Source: Goleter apudmare HA4340-LM2 (lineage in GTDB: Bacteria > Cyanobacteriota > Cyanobacteriia > Cyanobacteriales > Nostocaceae). From it: a stretch of DNA of 64,000 nt. Where the stretch lies: positions 1 to 64,000 of the forward strand of contig JAHHHF010000091.1 of assembly GCA_019359495.1 (NCBI GenBank), written 5' to 3'. The position numbers and the translations under genes were made by a program. Shown here in pieces: positions 31,410 to 41,970 of the stretch (positions are counted from its first letter, which is position 1; every line of letters starts with the position of its first letter). The notes beneath the pieces are model-generated. The model saw nothing but the letters and a program-made list of their open reading frames with translations. It ran no database searches and was not told the DNA's origin.

Positions 31410-32264
31410 TTACATTGCCACCCGTGGATAAAGTCTTCCACAGATGAAGGTCAAGCCTATTAATGCTAACAAGAGAATTGTACAGTCCCAACCAAACCCA
31501 TAGATACTAGTTCCATTTGCTAGCATCGTGCCGCGTAGTGCGTCCACTGTGTAAGTCAAGGGATTAATCCGAGACAAAAACTGTAACCAGTTGGGCATCA
31601 GGGAAATAGGATAGATAGCATTACTAGCAAAAAACAACGGCATGGTTAACAATTGCCCAATTCCCGTCATCCGTTCTCTAGTTTTCACCACACAGCCAAT
31701 GATTAAAGAAAATGTGCAAAAACAACCGGCTCCCAGCATGACAACCAATAGCACCTGCAAAACAGCTAAAAGATGGAGATTGAGTTTGACACCTAACAAC
31801 AGTGCCAATCCATAAATCACAAATACCTGTGATAAACAACGTACTCCACAGGCTAGGGACTTACCCAACACCATCGCCACTCTAGGTGTGGGACTAGCCA
31901 AAAATTTATGCACAACTCCTAAATCTCGCTCCCAAATCAGCGTCATCCCACCTGTAAAAATGGCGACAAATAACACACTCTGTGCCAGAATGCCCGCAGT
32001 CATGAAGTCTAGATAAGGTAAGTCTCCTGTAGGAATTGCCCGAATCCTGGTGAAAACTTGCCCAAAAATCAGCAGCCACAGCGACGGTTGCACGGCTCTG
32101 ACTATTAAATCGGTAGGATCATGCCTGAGTTTTCGCACTTCCATCTCGGCAATCACGAGAGTTTTTGTAAATATCTGAGTAATTGCAGAGATCACATGAT
32201 CTCGACGAGTAAGTTTTGCCTTAGCCCAACCGTTGAGCTGTACGTCTGGTTGTTGCTGTATCAC
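31410..32264 (-). CDS. ABC-2 type exporter permease (284 aa)
   Basis: Six TM segments. Overlaps the upstream ATPase gene, in an operon with MarR. Confidence 0.7.
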   Translation of the reverse strand: MIQQQPDVQLNGWAKAKLTRRDHVISAITQIFTKTLVIAEMEVRKLRHDPTDLIVRAVQPSLWLLIFGQVFTRIRAIPTGDLPYLDFMTAGILAQSVLFVAIFTGGMTLIWERDLGVVHKFLASPTPRVAMVLGKSLACGVRCLSQVFVIYGLALLLGVKLNLHLLAVLQVLLVVMLGAGCFCTFSLIIGCVVKTRERMTGIGQLLTMPLFFASNAIYPISLMPNWLQFLSRINPLTYTVDALRGTMLANGTSIYGFGWDCTILLLALIGLTFICGRLYPRVAM

Positions 32265-33075
32265 GATAGCTAACTCCTGATGTTAATTGATCGCCTGTGT
32301 AGTGAATAAAGACGTCATCTAAGGTTGCATTCGGCTGCTCCAAGGAAGCTTTTAAGTCGCTAGGTGTGCCTGTAATCACTACTTGGCCTTGCTGCATAAT
32401 TGCCACACGGCTACATAGACTATCGGCTTCTTCTAAAAAGTGGGTAGTTAAAAATATGGTTGTGCCGTAATCTGTACGCAGTTGTTGCACCAGTTGCCAT
32501 ACCTGAGTACGGGCAATGGGATCTAGTCCCACAGTCGGTTCATCTAGAAACAAAATTTGGGGTTGGTGCATGATGGATTGGGCAATTTCTAACTTGCGGA
32601 TCATGCCACCAGAATAGTTACGTACTAAACGATAGGCTGCTGCTTGCAAACCCATAAAATCTAGAACTTCCCGAATACATTTTTGCCTGCGGCTAACAGG
32701 AATATCATATAGCTTGGCAAAGATTAAAAGATTTTCGTAGCCTGTGAGACTACCATCAGCAGACAGGGCCTGGGGTACATAGCCAAATAGCCGCCTGACA
32801 GCACCAGCCTGATGAGTGACATCATAGCCCGCCAACGTTGCTCTCCCTGCACTCAGAGGCAATAGAGTAGTCAACATCTTAATTACTGTGCTTTTACCTG
32901 CCCCATTCGGGCCAAGTAAGCCAAATACCTCACCCTGTTCTACTTTGATACTCAAATTATCTACTGCAACTGCCTTACCGAAGTAACGCGACAGTCCTTG
33001 TGTTTCTAAAATCACTGCTTGAGGGCTACTAGCAAATGATTCCGACAAATCCAAGTTTCCCGTAAGTCTGGTCAC
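32221..33075 (-). CDS. ABC transporter ATP-binding protein (DrrA-like, 284 aa)
   Basis: Walker A (GPNGAGKST), ABC signature (YSGGMIRKL), Walker B (ILFLDEPT). Confidence 0.85.
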   Translation of the reverse strand: MTRLTGNLDLSESFASSPQAVILETQGLSRYFGKAVAVDNLSIKVEQGEVFGLLGPNGAGKSTVIKMLTTLLPLSAGRATLAGYDVTHQAGAVRRLFGYVPQALSADGSLTGYENLLIFAKLYDIPVSRRQKCIREVLDFMGLQAAAYRLVRNYSGGMIRKLEIAQSIMHQPQILFLDEPTVGLDPIARTQVWQLVQQLRTDYGTTIFLTTHFLEEADSLCSRVAIMQQGQVVITGTPSDLKASLEQPNATLDDVFIHYTGDQLTSGVSYRDTATTRRTAQRLG

Positions 33076-33438
33076 GAGTTTGATGTACTGTTAATATTTA
33101 GTTTATCTAAATATTAGCTTCGCACATTTTATTTGAAAGTCAAGTGTCTGGCTTGTATTGTGTAAATTCCGCTATTTTTAGGCGATCGCCCCTAGATCGC
33201 TAATAAAATAGCGATCGTAAGTAGGTAGTGGACTGACACAACTAAAATGTTGCAACAAATCTTTTCTTCTTTCTCTGTTTCCTCTGCGCCTCTGCGGTTT
33301 ATTAATGCACTATTTTAGTCTTGCCACGCCAGTAGGCATAAATAAACCCAACTATGTAAAGAAAAATAAATGAAGCTAAAACCCTTCTGCCTCCTGCCTT
33401 TGCAGATGTGAGGCTCCAAAGGTGTAGGAATTACCTAA

Positions 33439-34347
33439 TTAAGACCAAATGCCAATTGTAGAAACACCGGCCCAGTCACCTTCTGATGTTTGACCAAGCA
33501 CATAGATATGATAGGTACAGGCAAGTCCAAATAAATACATCCGCAGATTTTTTAACCGTGATTGCAACAATGAATCTAAGGGTTTAATTTCAGTAGCAAA
33601 TTCCTCATCATCATCTTCCTCTGCATCCAGGTAAAATGCCCGATAGGGAAAAGTTCTTGCAAACCCAATCGCATCTAATAAACTATTGATCATCAACTCT
33701 CTATTTGCCCCTACTCTGACAATAAACCCTTCGTTCATCTCATCAGCAACAGCTACAAAAGGCTGTGTCTCGTAAAACTTTAAATTTTCTAAAAGTGGTT
33801 CTAGTTGCGCGAGTAATTCATCTGTGATTTCTGTTTGTGGTAGATATTCGGCTAATAACGGCTGTCCATTTGTATATTCACCATGAGGAGCCATTTCTTG
33901 AAACTCTGACTCTAAGTCTGGTGCAATTCCTATCCACTCTCCTGACTTTGTACTCCCAAAAATTATCCGAAATGTGGCATTTGGATCATTAAGTTGCTGA
34001 ACTTCTGCTACTTCTAAAAAAGTCAGAGATGATTGTAGTAACTCAATGATCTTTTGATATCTTTGCTCTATTTCTTCAGCAATATCGGGGTCATGTTTTT
34101 GAGCTTCTTGGTAAATAAGCTGTAAGTAATCATCTAAATTTGCAGATTTGATGATTTTACCTCCTGCTTGATACTCATCAAAGGGAGGAGTCACTTGTCG
34201 TAATAAATTTTCTATGGTTAATTCCCCTTTCGCATCGACTTCCCAGATGAAAGGCTTAAAGGCATAATCTGCATCACTGTAATAAAGACAAATTCCTGGG
34301 GTGACTTCTTCAAGTTGAGCCAAAAAGTTAGCATTACTAGATTTCAT
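33439..34347 (-). CDS. NuiA-like (nuclease-A-inhibitor-like) domain protein, possibly two tandem NuiA-like domains (302 aa)
   Basis: N-terminus LAQLEEVTPGICLYYSDADYAFKPFIWEV recalls the Anabaena NuiA motif (..L.QL....GL.(Y/F)MSESDYPFE.F.WE). Domain call is from memory of the family and needs an HMM check. Confidence 0.4.
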   Translation of the reverse strand: MKSSNANFLAQLEEVTPGICLYYSDADYAFKPFIWEVDAKGELTIENLLRQVTPPFDEYQAGGKIIKSANLDDYLQLIYQEAQKHDPDIAEEIEQRYQKIIELLQSSLTFLEVAEVQQLNDPNATFRIIFGSTKSGEWIGIAPDLESEFQEMAPHGEYTNGQPLLAEYLPQTEITDELLAQLEPLLENLKFYETQPFVAVADEMNEGFIVRVGANRELMINSLLDAIGFARTFPYRAFYLDAEEDDDEEFATEIKPLDSLLQSRLKNLRMYLFGLACTYHIYVLGQTSEGDWAGVSTIGIWS

Positions 34348-34477
34348 TGCATTTCCTACTCAGTTTCACTCTCACAAAATCCACAATTGGCTCAGAATTA
34401 CGCTATGTAAATAATGCTTGCTTAACTTTTATCTCAGCCTGAATAATTATCTCAAAAAATGCACTTTAAATCTGGAA

Positions 34478-35143
34478 TTACTCAGACTGAGTTTCTTGAG
34501 TCTGGGCATCAATAACTACACTCCAATCATCATTTTTCACAGCCGCTTCGAGTTGAAGTTGTCGTTCGGCTTCATTGACGGTGATTTTTTCTGAACCTTG
34601 GGAGAGAGTTGTGTCAGCCATCGCTTTCCGTAATTTCAGCTTTTTCTCTTCATAGACTTGGCGTTCTGCTGCTGACATCGCTGCTTTCGCAACTGCGCCT
34701 ATTGTGCTAGCCCACAAGTCGCTGTCAGCATCATTACCGGGAGGAATGCTGTCTAATTCCGCAATCCAAATATCTCGTAAATCTTCCATTTCTTGGCGCT
34801 TGGGGAATTTGAATGCTTGTACGCGCACAAAAGCACATTTTTGTTCACCATTTTGGGTAACATGACCGTTGAGTGACAGCAACACATTCCGGGAATAGCC
34901 TATGTATTGCGGTCGATTTTTTGTATCAAAGACTGCATAAACACCTGCAATCTTGGCATTTTGTGCAACCCCACACCAAGCCTCTAAAGGTATAATTTCC
35001 GCCTGATCTTTTGTTAAATCAGGGGTTATCGTGGTTTCAATGGCAGTATGTTCATCATCTGAACTATACAAAAAGTTATGCAATCCCTGATGATTTACGG
35101 GTACATTTTGATGCTCAATTGGTAGGTTGTTCTCAGTGGTCAT
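34478..35143 (-). CDS. GIY-YIG nuclease-domain protein with C-terminal coiled coil (221 aa)
   Basis: Sequence GVYAVFDTKNRPQYIGYSRNV matches the GIY...YIG spacing and flanking hydrophobics. Lies 130 bp upstream of, and co-oriented with, the NuiA-like gene. Confidence 0.5.
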   Translation of the reverse strand: MTTENNLPIEHQNVPVNHQGLHNFLYSSDDEHTAIETTITPDLTKDQAEIIPLEAWCGVAQNAKIAGVYAVFDTKNRPQYIGYSRNVLLSLNGHVTQNGEQKCAFVRVQAFKFPKRQEMEDLRDIWIAELDSIPPGNDADSDLWASTIGAVAKAAMSAAERQVYEEKKLKLRKAMADTTLSQGSEKITVNEAERQLQLEAAVKNDDWSVVIDAQTQETQSE

Positions 35144-35590
35144 CGTTGTGACTCTCCGTGGAATTCATTGGTGAGGAAAAATTAATCTTTGCAACGCTCT
35201 GGGCGTACCGAAGTGTGAGTAAAGTTTTTTATCTATGGTTGTATTCTCTCAGTTTCCTGTCATTCTTGATGAGTGTAGCGCTATTGGGGTCATGGGATGG
35301 ATCATTTACATTGATGAAGAAGAATTCAGTAGTCAGAAGCCAGAATTCAGAATTAAATTCTGTGCGACTGGCGGATAGCGTAGCGTAAAGCCTTCTCTAC
35401 GAGAGGCTGCGCCAATGCTTAGAGCGTCTCGCTCACGCGGGCAAGATGGCCGCACTACAGTCCATCATTTTTATCTTGACAGACTACTACGCGCATCAGC
35501 TGCAAATGTTTGTGTAGTATTAATTAGCTTTTCCAGCTCATTCATCATGGGTGGAAAATCCATCCGCCAATACGACTCAGCAACGCCCCT

Positions 35591-36520
35591 ATGAATCAAT
35601 TGACGCCCAAAGATTGGATGTTGATCAAACAACGGTTCACCCCTTATTTGTTTTTATTTCCTGCTTTACTACTCTTGGGGTTAACTGTCTTCTGGCCGGC
35701 ACTGCAAGCATTTTACCTCAGCTTTACCAGCTATGAAGATATCACTCAACCACCGCAATGGATTGGTTTTACTAACTTCTTCAAGCTTTGGCGAGATGCA
35801 GTGTTTTGGAAAACATTGGAAAACACTTTTCTTTATCTTGTAGGTGTCGTGCCGATTTTGGTGTTTGCGCCTTTAGTATTAGCAATTTTGGTCAATCAGA
35901 AGCTACGGGGCATGAATTGGTTTAGAACTGCATACTATACCCCTGTGGTGATATCAATGGTAGTCGCAGGTATAGCTTGGAAATGGTTGTATGCCGAAAA
36001 TGGCTTACTGAATCAATCTTTCAAAGCTTTGCATATTTTTTCAGATGGCATTCCCTGGTTAACTAGCCCAGATAAATTGTTGGGAATTTTACCAATTTCT
36101 CTAGCAAGTATTATGGCTGTTACTATCTGGAAAGGGCTGGGCTATTACATGGTAATTTACTTGGCAGGGTTGCAATCAATACCTGCTGACGTCTACGAAG
36201 CTGCCGCTATTGATGGCTCAGATGGTATCCGCAAACATTGGGAAATTACCATACCATTGATGAAACCTTACTTAGCTTTAGTGGCAGTAATTTCAGCTAT
36301 TTCTGCTACCAAGGTATTTGAAGAAGTATATATTATGACCCAAGGCGGGCCGCTCAATAGCTCGAAAACAATTGTTTACTATCTCTATGAGCAAGCATTC
36401 AGTAACTTGGAAATCAGCTATGCTTGCACGATTGGGCTAGTACTATTTTTGATAATTTTGGGTTTGTCAGTCTTACGGTTAGTGATTAGTCCACAGGAAG
36501 GGGATAATCTGACCATCTAA
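35591..36520 (+). CDS. Carbohydrate ABC transporter permease (MalF/UgpA-type, 309 aa)
   Basis: Six TM helices and an EAA-like loop (IYEAAAIDGSDGIRKHWEITIPLMKP). No cognate binding protein or ATPase adjacent. Confidence 0.8.
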   Translation: MNQLTPKDWMLIKQRFTPYLFLFPALLLLGLTVFWPALQAFYLSFTSYEDITQPPQWIGFTNFFKLWRDAVFWKTLENTFLYLVGVVPILVFAPLVLAILVNQKLRGMNWFRTAYYTPVVISMVVAGIAWKWLYAENGLLNQSFKALHIFSDGIPWLTSPDKLLGILPISLASIMAVTIWKGLGYYMVIYLAGLQSIPADVYEAAAIDGSDGIRKHWEITIPLMKPYLALVAVISAISATKVFEEVYIMTQGGPLNSSKTIVYYLYEQAFSNLEISYACTIGLVLFLIILGLSVLRLVISPQEGDNLTI

Positions 36521-36684
36521 TGGCTGTAATGTACTAGGGAGAATAACTTGGCATTTTGGCAGATTTGATCGTGATCAGGTTGCTATCTTGGAATCCGCGA
36601 ATGTCTTTGTGCGACATTATAGACTTGCAGAATCCCTCGGCTTGCTACCGGGGGTATTTTTTTGGACTGGTTATTTGTTGTTTG

Positions 36685-37164
36685 TTATTTGTCATTTGTT
36701 TTTGGTAAGGGTTGAAGACGCTGGAACTGTGGTGGCTTGCGAACGGACGGATGAGAAGAAAGCGGATTTCGCAGCAAGAGTAAAGGAAGACTGAGAATCC
36801 CTAGAATGATGACTACTCCAGTCATAATCCAAACCGATAAACGGTGGGGTCGATAAGCACCGCGTTCAATCTCCCAAAAAACCTGATTGTATCGCCATGC
36901 AGCTAAGGCGATCGCTACAATACCAAATATCACAAACAGAATCCCCAAATTTTCCGAGTTAAAGAGGGGATTAATCATCGGTTCTTGCTGCGTCAGCGCC
37001 ACATTCAATTGACGCAGAAATAGACCAAATCGTGCAATGGCAAAACCAAAACCAATTAAGGCGATGGAAGTCCGTAGCCAGGCTAGAAATGTCCGCTCAT
37101 TCGCCTGATGTTCCCGTTGGCGATCAATATTTGATATTTTGCTCATTACTAAGTGTCCTGTCAT
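36685..37164 (-). CDS. DUF202 (YidH-like) small membrane protein (159 aa)
   Basis: N-terminal LANERTFLAWLRT motif typical of DUF202, then 3 TM helices. Confidence 0.6.
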   Translation of the reverse strand: MTGHLVMSKISNIDRQREHQANERTFLAWLRTSIALIGFGFAIARFGLFLRQLNVALTQQEPMINPLFNSENLGILFVIFGIVAIALAAWRYNQVFWEIERGAYRPHRLSVWIMTGVVIILGILSLPLLLLRNPLSSHPSVRKPPQFQRLQPLPKTNDK

Positions 37165-37335
37165 TCTGCTACCCAGGACTAAATCATACTAATTCATTTA
37201 TAAAAAAGTCTCATTTCATGCCAATAATACCAATTCAAAATACCTTGCGGATTCGCTATTGGGTGCAGCTTCATTCGTAGGATCAGTATTTCTGTAAGTA
37301 GTAGCTAGGTGTCTACTAAATTAAGAGACTCAGAT

Positions 37336-37644
37336 TTACCAACATATAGTCGTAGTATTTCTTTCTCCTGGTACAAGAATGCCATTTATGTAGATTCTTC
37401 TGGAATTACTAATACTATTAATATTCTGACCCTTAGAGACAGTTCCCAAGGTCTTTATATCTTCATCAGTTTTACTTGCTGGTTTACTTGGATTTCTGGT
37501 TATATTGGTTATGTAAACGCAATTATAATTTTTATGAGACTGACCACAACCTCCCAAAAAAGTGCCTGCTTGGATAGGGTTGATGTCTTCCAGGAGTGGA
37601 TATATATCAGGGTAATTAAATTTTAAATCTATCATTTTAGTCAT
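37336..37644 (-). CDS. Hypothetical small protein in an AT-rich islet (102 aa)
   Basis: ORF only. An alternative overlapping ORF lies on the plus strand (37309-37626). Local GC is markedly lower than the surroundings. Confidence 0.2.
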   Translation of the reverse strand: MTKMIDLKFNYPDIYPLLEDINPIQAGTFLGGCGQSHKNYNCVYITNITRNPSKPASKTDEDIKTLGTVSKGQNINSISNSRRIYINGILVPGERNTTTICW

Positions 37645-37972
37645 ATTTTTTCTCTTTTATAAAAAACTAATTTAGAATCAGCGCTATGATTGCTTGATTT
37701 GACACTAATGTGGAAGTTAAAACCCCAACCAGTGCTGTTTTTATTTTTAAAGGCATTGTATGGAAATTAAATTATCCTCAAGCTATAAATAAAAATAGAC
37801 GTTTGGTAGTAGTTCTCAAGTCATTTTTGTTTTAGCATAGAAAGCTGTCTAAAATTTCTCTAGTAAATATTTACTTGTGCGATTATGTAGGTAGATTATT
37901 TTGCCCCAACCGAGAAACACAAAATAAGCTAAAATGCAAGCAGAGTAAGCATTTTACGCTCAGAAACTCCTC

Positions 37973-38713
37973 ATGCTTGACACCTTGCAAACCCAACTTT
38001 ACGAACTAGAACAATTTGCCAACGCTCTTGTAGCTAATCAACTAACGCATTTAGGCTTAGTCAGTATTGGTGTAATTTTCGCTGCTGGTTTGCTGACCAG
38101 TCTCACACCTTGTATGCTTTCGATGCTGCCAATTACTATCGGTTACATTGGTGGTTATGAAGCAAAAAGCCGCCTGCAAGCCGCCGCCCAATCAACTTGG
38201 TTTGCCTTGGGATTGGCAACCACACTAGCGGGGATGGGAATCATCGCTGCTTTTTTGGGTAAAATCTACGGTCAAGTAGGAATTGGCTTGCCGATTATTG
38301 TCAGTATTATTGCTATTCTCATGGGGCTGAATTTGTTGGAAGCCCTACCCCTGCAATTTCCTTCTTTGAATGAAACTAATTGGATTTCGCCAGATTTACC
38401 TGCTGGTGTGCGTTCTTATTTGCTGGGACTAACTTTCGGTTTAGTTGCATCCCCTTGCAGTACGCCAGTTTTAGCCAGCTTACTGGGTTGGGTTGCCAGT
38501 ACACAAGACTGGATTTTAGGCGCTGTTTTGCTCATTTCCTACACAGCCGGGTATGTAGCACCGCTAATTTTGGCGGGTACTTTTACGGCTGCAATTAAAA
38601 ATTTGTTGGAATTACGTCGCTGGTCTGGTTGGATTAATCCTGTTAGCGGTGTGCTGTTAGTGGGTTTTGGTGTATTTTCTTTGGTTTCTCGCATTCCTTT
38701 TGGTAGCTTTTAA
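37973..38713 (+). CDS. ccdA: Cytochrome c-type biogenesis thiol-disulfide transporter CcdA (246 aa)
   Basis: DsbD-beta-core with the two conserved TM cysteines (LTSLTPCMLSMLP ... LVASPCSTPVL). Confidence 0.85.
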   Translation: MLDTLQTQLYELEQFANALVANQLTHLGLVSIGVIFAAGLLTSLTPCMLSMLPITIGYIGGYEAKSRLQAAAQSTWFALGLATTLAGMGIIAAFLGKIYGQVGIGLPIIVSIIAILMGLNLLEALPLQFPSLNETNWISPDLPAGVRSYLLGLTFGLVASPCSTPVLASLLGWVASTQDWILGAVLLISYTAGYVAPLILAGTFTAAIKNLLELRRWSGWINPVSGVLLVGFGVFSLVSRIPFGSF

Positions 38714-38716
38714 GTA

Positions 38717-40093
38717 ATGACTCTAGAAAATTCTACTTCTACCGAATCAAGTTGGTGGTCAGTTCCTGGGCGGATATGGCGACGGGAGTTTTTGCCTGTA
38801 TTGACAGATTTACGATTAGCGATCGCACTATTATTAACCATCGCCCTCTTTAGCATCAGTGGAACTGTAATTGAGCAAGGACAATCGCCTGCTTACTACC
38901 AGTCTAATTACCCAGAACACCCGGCTTTATTTGGTTTCCTGACTTGGAAGGTAATTCAGGTAGTCGGTTTAGACCATGTGTATCGTACCTGGTGGTTTCT
39001 GGGGTTGCTGGTTTGGTTTGGTACTAGCTTGACTGCTTGTACTTTTACGCGCCAATTACCCGCCCTCAAAGCTGCCCAACGTTGGAAATATTATGATGAA
39101 CCAAGGCAATTTCAAAAGTTAGCTTTGAGTGCTGAATTAGATCATATTTCTTTGAATGCTCTCACTCCAATATTACAGAAGCAGCGCTATAAAATATTTC
39201 AAGAAAAAGATGATATTCTCTACGCCCGTAAGGGAATAGTAGGACGCATTGGCCCGATTATCGTCCATGTGGGTATCGTCATGATTTTGTTGGGCGGAAT
39301 TTGGGGGGCGATGACTGGATTTATGGCCCAGGAAATGGTAGCTAGTGGTGATACTTTCCAAATCAAAAATGTCATCGATGCTGGGCCGTTAGCTGTGGGT
39401 AAAATTCCCCAAGATTGGTCTGTGCGGGTGAATCGGTTTTGGATTGACTATACCCCTACGGGCGGTATTGACCAATTTTATTCGGATATGTCTGTTTTAA
39501 ATCAGCAAGGTGAGGAAGTTGACCACAAGAAGATTTTTGTCAATGAACCGCTACGTTATCATGGCGTCACTTTTTACCAAACTGATTGGGGACTGGCGGC
39601 TGTGCGTGTCCGGATTAATAATAGCCCGATTTTTCAGCTACCGATGGCACAATTAAACACCAAGGGCAAAGGTCGCATTTGGGGTACTTGGATTCCCACT
39701 AAACCAGATATGAGTCAGGGTGTCTCTTTGTTAGCCAAAGACTTGCAAGGCATGGTGTTAATTTATGATGCCACAGGTAAGCTGGTTGACACTGTGCGGA
39801 CGGGTATGTCTACCCAAGTCAATGGTGTAACTGTCAAAATTTTAGATGTTATTGGCAGTACGGGCTTACAAATTAAAGCCGACCCTGGTATACCAATTGT
39901 TTACACCGGATTTGCTTTATTAATGGCGGGTGTGGTGATGAGTTACTTCTCCCACTCACAAATTTGGGCATTGCAAAAAGGCGATCGCTTATATATTGGT
40001 GGTAAGACCAATCGTGCCCAAGTTGTCTTTGAACGGGAGGTTTTGGGCATTTTAAACAATCTCAGTTCCCCATCTCAAACCATTAAAGCCTAA
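38717..40093 (+). CDS. ccsB: Cytochrome c biogenesis protein CcsB/Ccs1 (ResB family, 458 aa)
   Basis: ResB-family topology and motifs. Immediately downstream of ccdA, as in the system II cytochrome c maturation pathway. Confidence 0.8.
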   Translation: MTLENSTSTESSWWSVPGRIWRREFLPVLTDLRLAIALLLTIALFSISGTVIEQGQSPAYYQSNYPEHPALFGFLTWKVIQVVGLDHVYRTWWFLGLLVWFGTSLTACTFTRQLPALKAAQRWKYYDEPRQFQKLALSAELDHISLNALTPILQKQRYKIFQEKDDILYARKGIVGRIGPIIVHVGIVMILLGGIWGAMTGFMAQEMVASGDTFQIKNVIDAGPLAVGKIPQDWSVRVNRFWIDYTPTGGIDQFYSDMSVLNQQGEEVDHKKIFVNEPLRYHGVTFYQTDWGLAAVRVRINNSPIFQLPMAQLNTKGKGRIWGTWIPTKPDMSQGVSLLAKDLQGMVLIYDATGKLVDTVRTGMSTQVNGVTVKILDVIGSTGLQIKADPGIPIVYTGFALLMAGVVMSYFSHSQIWALQKGDRLYIGGKTNRAQVVFEREVLGILNNLSSPSQTIKA

Positions 40094-40143
40094 TCACAGA
40101 GGAACGTAGAGAAATTTACTCTGCGCCCCTCCGCGTTAAAAAT

Positions 40144-40524
40144 CTATTTTTGATGTCGCACCTCAACTACAGTATGCACGTTACCACGGGGAGTGAAATC
40201 TGCTTTCACAGTAACTTCCAAGGGGTCACAAGCTGCCACAAAATCATCGAGAATTTGGTTAGCAGACTCCTCATGGGAAATGTAGCGATCGCGGTAACTG
40301 TTAATATAAAGCTTGAGGGCTTTTAATTCGACAACTCGCTCATCAGGGATGTAGGTAATATAAATCGTAGCAAAGTCAGGATAGCCGGAGAACGGACACT
40401 TGCAGGTAAATTCCGGCAGACTAATACTGATATCGTATCGCCTACCCACACGCGGATTAGGAAAGGTAATTAGTTGTCCTTCCGCGATTTCCCGTTCGCC
40501 GTACTTCATTTTGTCATTTGTCAT
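40144..40524 (-). CDS. queF: NADPH-dependent 7-cyano-7-deazaguanine reductase QueF (126 aa)
   Basis: YqcD-type QueF with catalytic Cys context (EFTCKCPFSGYPDFATI) and the E(L)K(A)LKLY motif. Confidence 0.85.
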   Translation of the reverse strand: MTNDKMKYGEREIAEGQLITFPNPRVGRRYDISISLPEFTCKCPFSGYPDFATIYITYIPDERVVELKALKLYINSYRDRYISHEESANQILDDFVAACDPLEVTVKADFTPRGNVHTVVEVRHQK

Positions 40525-40575
40525 TTGTTATTGGTCATTGGTCATTTGGCATTTGTTATTGGTCATTGGTCATTA
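40498..40575. repeat. STRR2 heptamer tandem tract (TT[G/T]GTCA x about 10)
   Basis: Sequence tttgtcatttgtcatttgttattggtcattggtcatttggcatttgttattggtcattggtcatt. Further STRR2 tracts at 36668-36705 and 42018-42050. STRR1-like CCCCATA/CCCTAT copies at 40600-40640, 42088-42108 and 20640-20665. Confidence 0.85.
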
Positions 40576-40626
40576 ATTCTTTACTCCCTTATGACCTTCA
40601 TCTTCCCATGCCCCATACCCCATACC

Positions 40627-41022
40627 CTATTCTCCCATCCAGTCGGGACAAGTTGGATCATCCGAACCGTGGGGGTGCATGGCACAGACTAATAAGTTAC
40701 CACCATAAACTTGACCGTGGTAGTTATGACAACCGACGCAGGCGGGGTTTTGTTCTGCTGTCGCTGCAACTGGATAGGGAAAAGCGGGATCTATATCTGC
40801 CACTACATCTTCTAGTTCCCAGTAGACTTCTAAAATTGGTTCAGCAAAGTCTTGTAAATACTGGTCAACTTCAGTGGCAATTGTACTTTGTACTTGCTCA
40901 GTAATTTCTTCTGTGATCTCAAAAAAGGTGTCTACCATTTCACCCATTCCTAAGAAGAAATGCTCTACTTCAACAGCCACTGTCTCGATGATGTCGATCA
41001 AATCCTTTTGCCACTTTTCCAT
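40627..41022 (-). CDS. Hypothetical acidic protein with C-terminal Cys/His-rich motif (131 aa)
   Basis: C-terminus CVGCHNYHGQVYGGNLLVCAMHPHGSDDPTCPDW suggests metal binding. No family assigned. Confidence 0.45.
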   Translation of the reverse strand: MEKWQKDLIDIIETVAVEVEHFFLGMGEMVDTFFEITEEITEQVQSTIATEVDQYLQDFAEPILEVYWELEDVVADIDPAFPYPVAATAEQNPACVGCHNYHGQVYGGNLLVCAMHPHGSDDPTCPDWMGE

Positions 41023-41158
41023 AAATTGACGCCCTTAGTTACTATAAACAGGGCACTCTGTGCTACCTGGCTTTCAGCACTAGATTAAACCCTAGGCAAG
41101 GTACATTCAACAAATCGCTTTGTATAGAACCATTGCAATTCCAGCAAACAACTACATT

Positions 41159-41542
41159 TTACTGATCGCGTTGCAGTCGTTTTAACTCTTCTTGCAGTTC
41201 TAGTACTTGTTCTCGTAGCCCATCTACATTTTCGGTTGGGGCCTCTTTTGCCGTCGGCTCTTCATCTTCTTCTAAGATTTCGATGCGGCGGGGTTCAGCA
41301 GGGGGGGCTTTTTCTGTGGGTGCATCAGAAGTTTGTGGCTGTTGCGCTTGCTTCATCATGTCTTCCACAAAGCGACGGGCTTCTTCTGTATTCATTTCGC
41401 CCTTAGCCACCATTTCATCTGCCAGTTTTTGGACTTGCGATCGCAACTCGGCTATTTTTCCTCCCGCTTTCTCACCTGCGTAAGAAGCTAACCCAACACC
41501 GAGGTAAAAAGCTTTTTGTACAATATCTCCAAAACCAGCCAT
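41159..41542 (-). CDS. Hypothetical coiled-coil protein (127 aa)
   Basis: Amphipathic N-terminal helix (GFGDIVQKAFYLGVGLASYAGEKA) and an E/K/Q-rich coiled-coil tail. Confidence 0.45.
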   Translation of the reverse strand: MAGFGDIVQKAFYLGVGLASYAGEKAGGKIAELRSQVQKLADEMVAKGEMNTEEARRFVEDMMKQAQQPQTSDAPTEKAPPAEPRRIEILEEDEEPTAKEAPTENVDGLREQVLELQEELKRLQRDQ

Positions 41543-41703
41543 TGCTGCTGAACGCTCCTAACAAATAGGGCGACCCGGAGACTACGCCTACCACAAGCAT
41601 CCCGTATTGCTGCTACCTTCCGGTCCTGACAAAGTTTAGGCGTTGCAGTCGCATAGATCCAGGTCTAAATATCAGCATAACATCAAAAATCAGTAATGGA
41701 GTA

Positions 41704-41970
41704 TTATTCGATCACAATTCGCCATTCATAAAGTTGATAGTTGACGCAGCCGTTTTGTACCAATGGGTCAGCCGCTACAATTGCCTGGGCTTCATCCATT
41801 GAGGCTGCCTCAAACAGCATCATCCCGCCTCCCCGTTGTGCCCAATAGCCTGTTTTGGCTTTGTGTCCTTTGGCAATCAAGTCTTGAACGTAGGCTTTAT
41901 GGGCGGGTACGTATTGGTCAAAGATGGGTTTATCGACCCTGCCTGCTTCAATCTTCACAAATGTTGGCAT
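41704..41970 (-). CDS. YciI-like (DGPF/dimeric alpha-beta barrel) protein (88 aa)
   Basis: Size and pattern (..AHKAYVQDLIAKGHKAKTGYWAQRGGGMMLFEAASMDEAQAIVAADP.) are typical of YciI. Confidence 0.55.
   Translation of the reverse strand: MPTFVKIEAGRVDKPIFDQYVPAHKAYVQDLIAKGHKAKTGYWAQRGGGMMLFEAASMDEAQAIVAADPLVQNGCVNYQLYEWRIVIE

Noticed and set aside
40498-40575. STRR2 heptamer tract as a CRISPR-like or coding feature
   Set aside because: Perfect 7-bp tandem units without spacers. This is the well-known STRR2 of heterocystous cyanobacteria, lying at the queF 5' end. Not an array.
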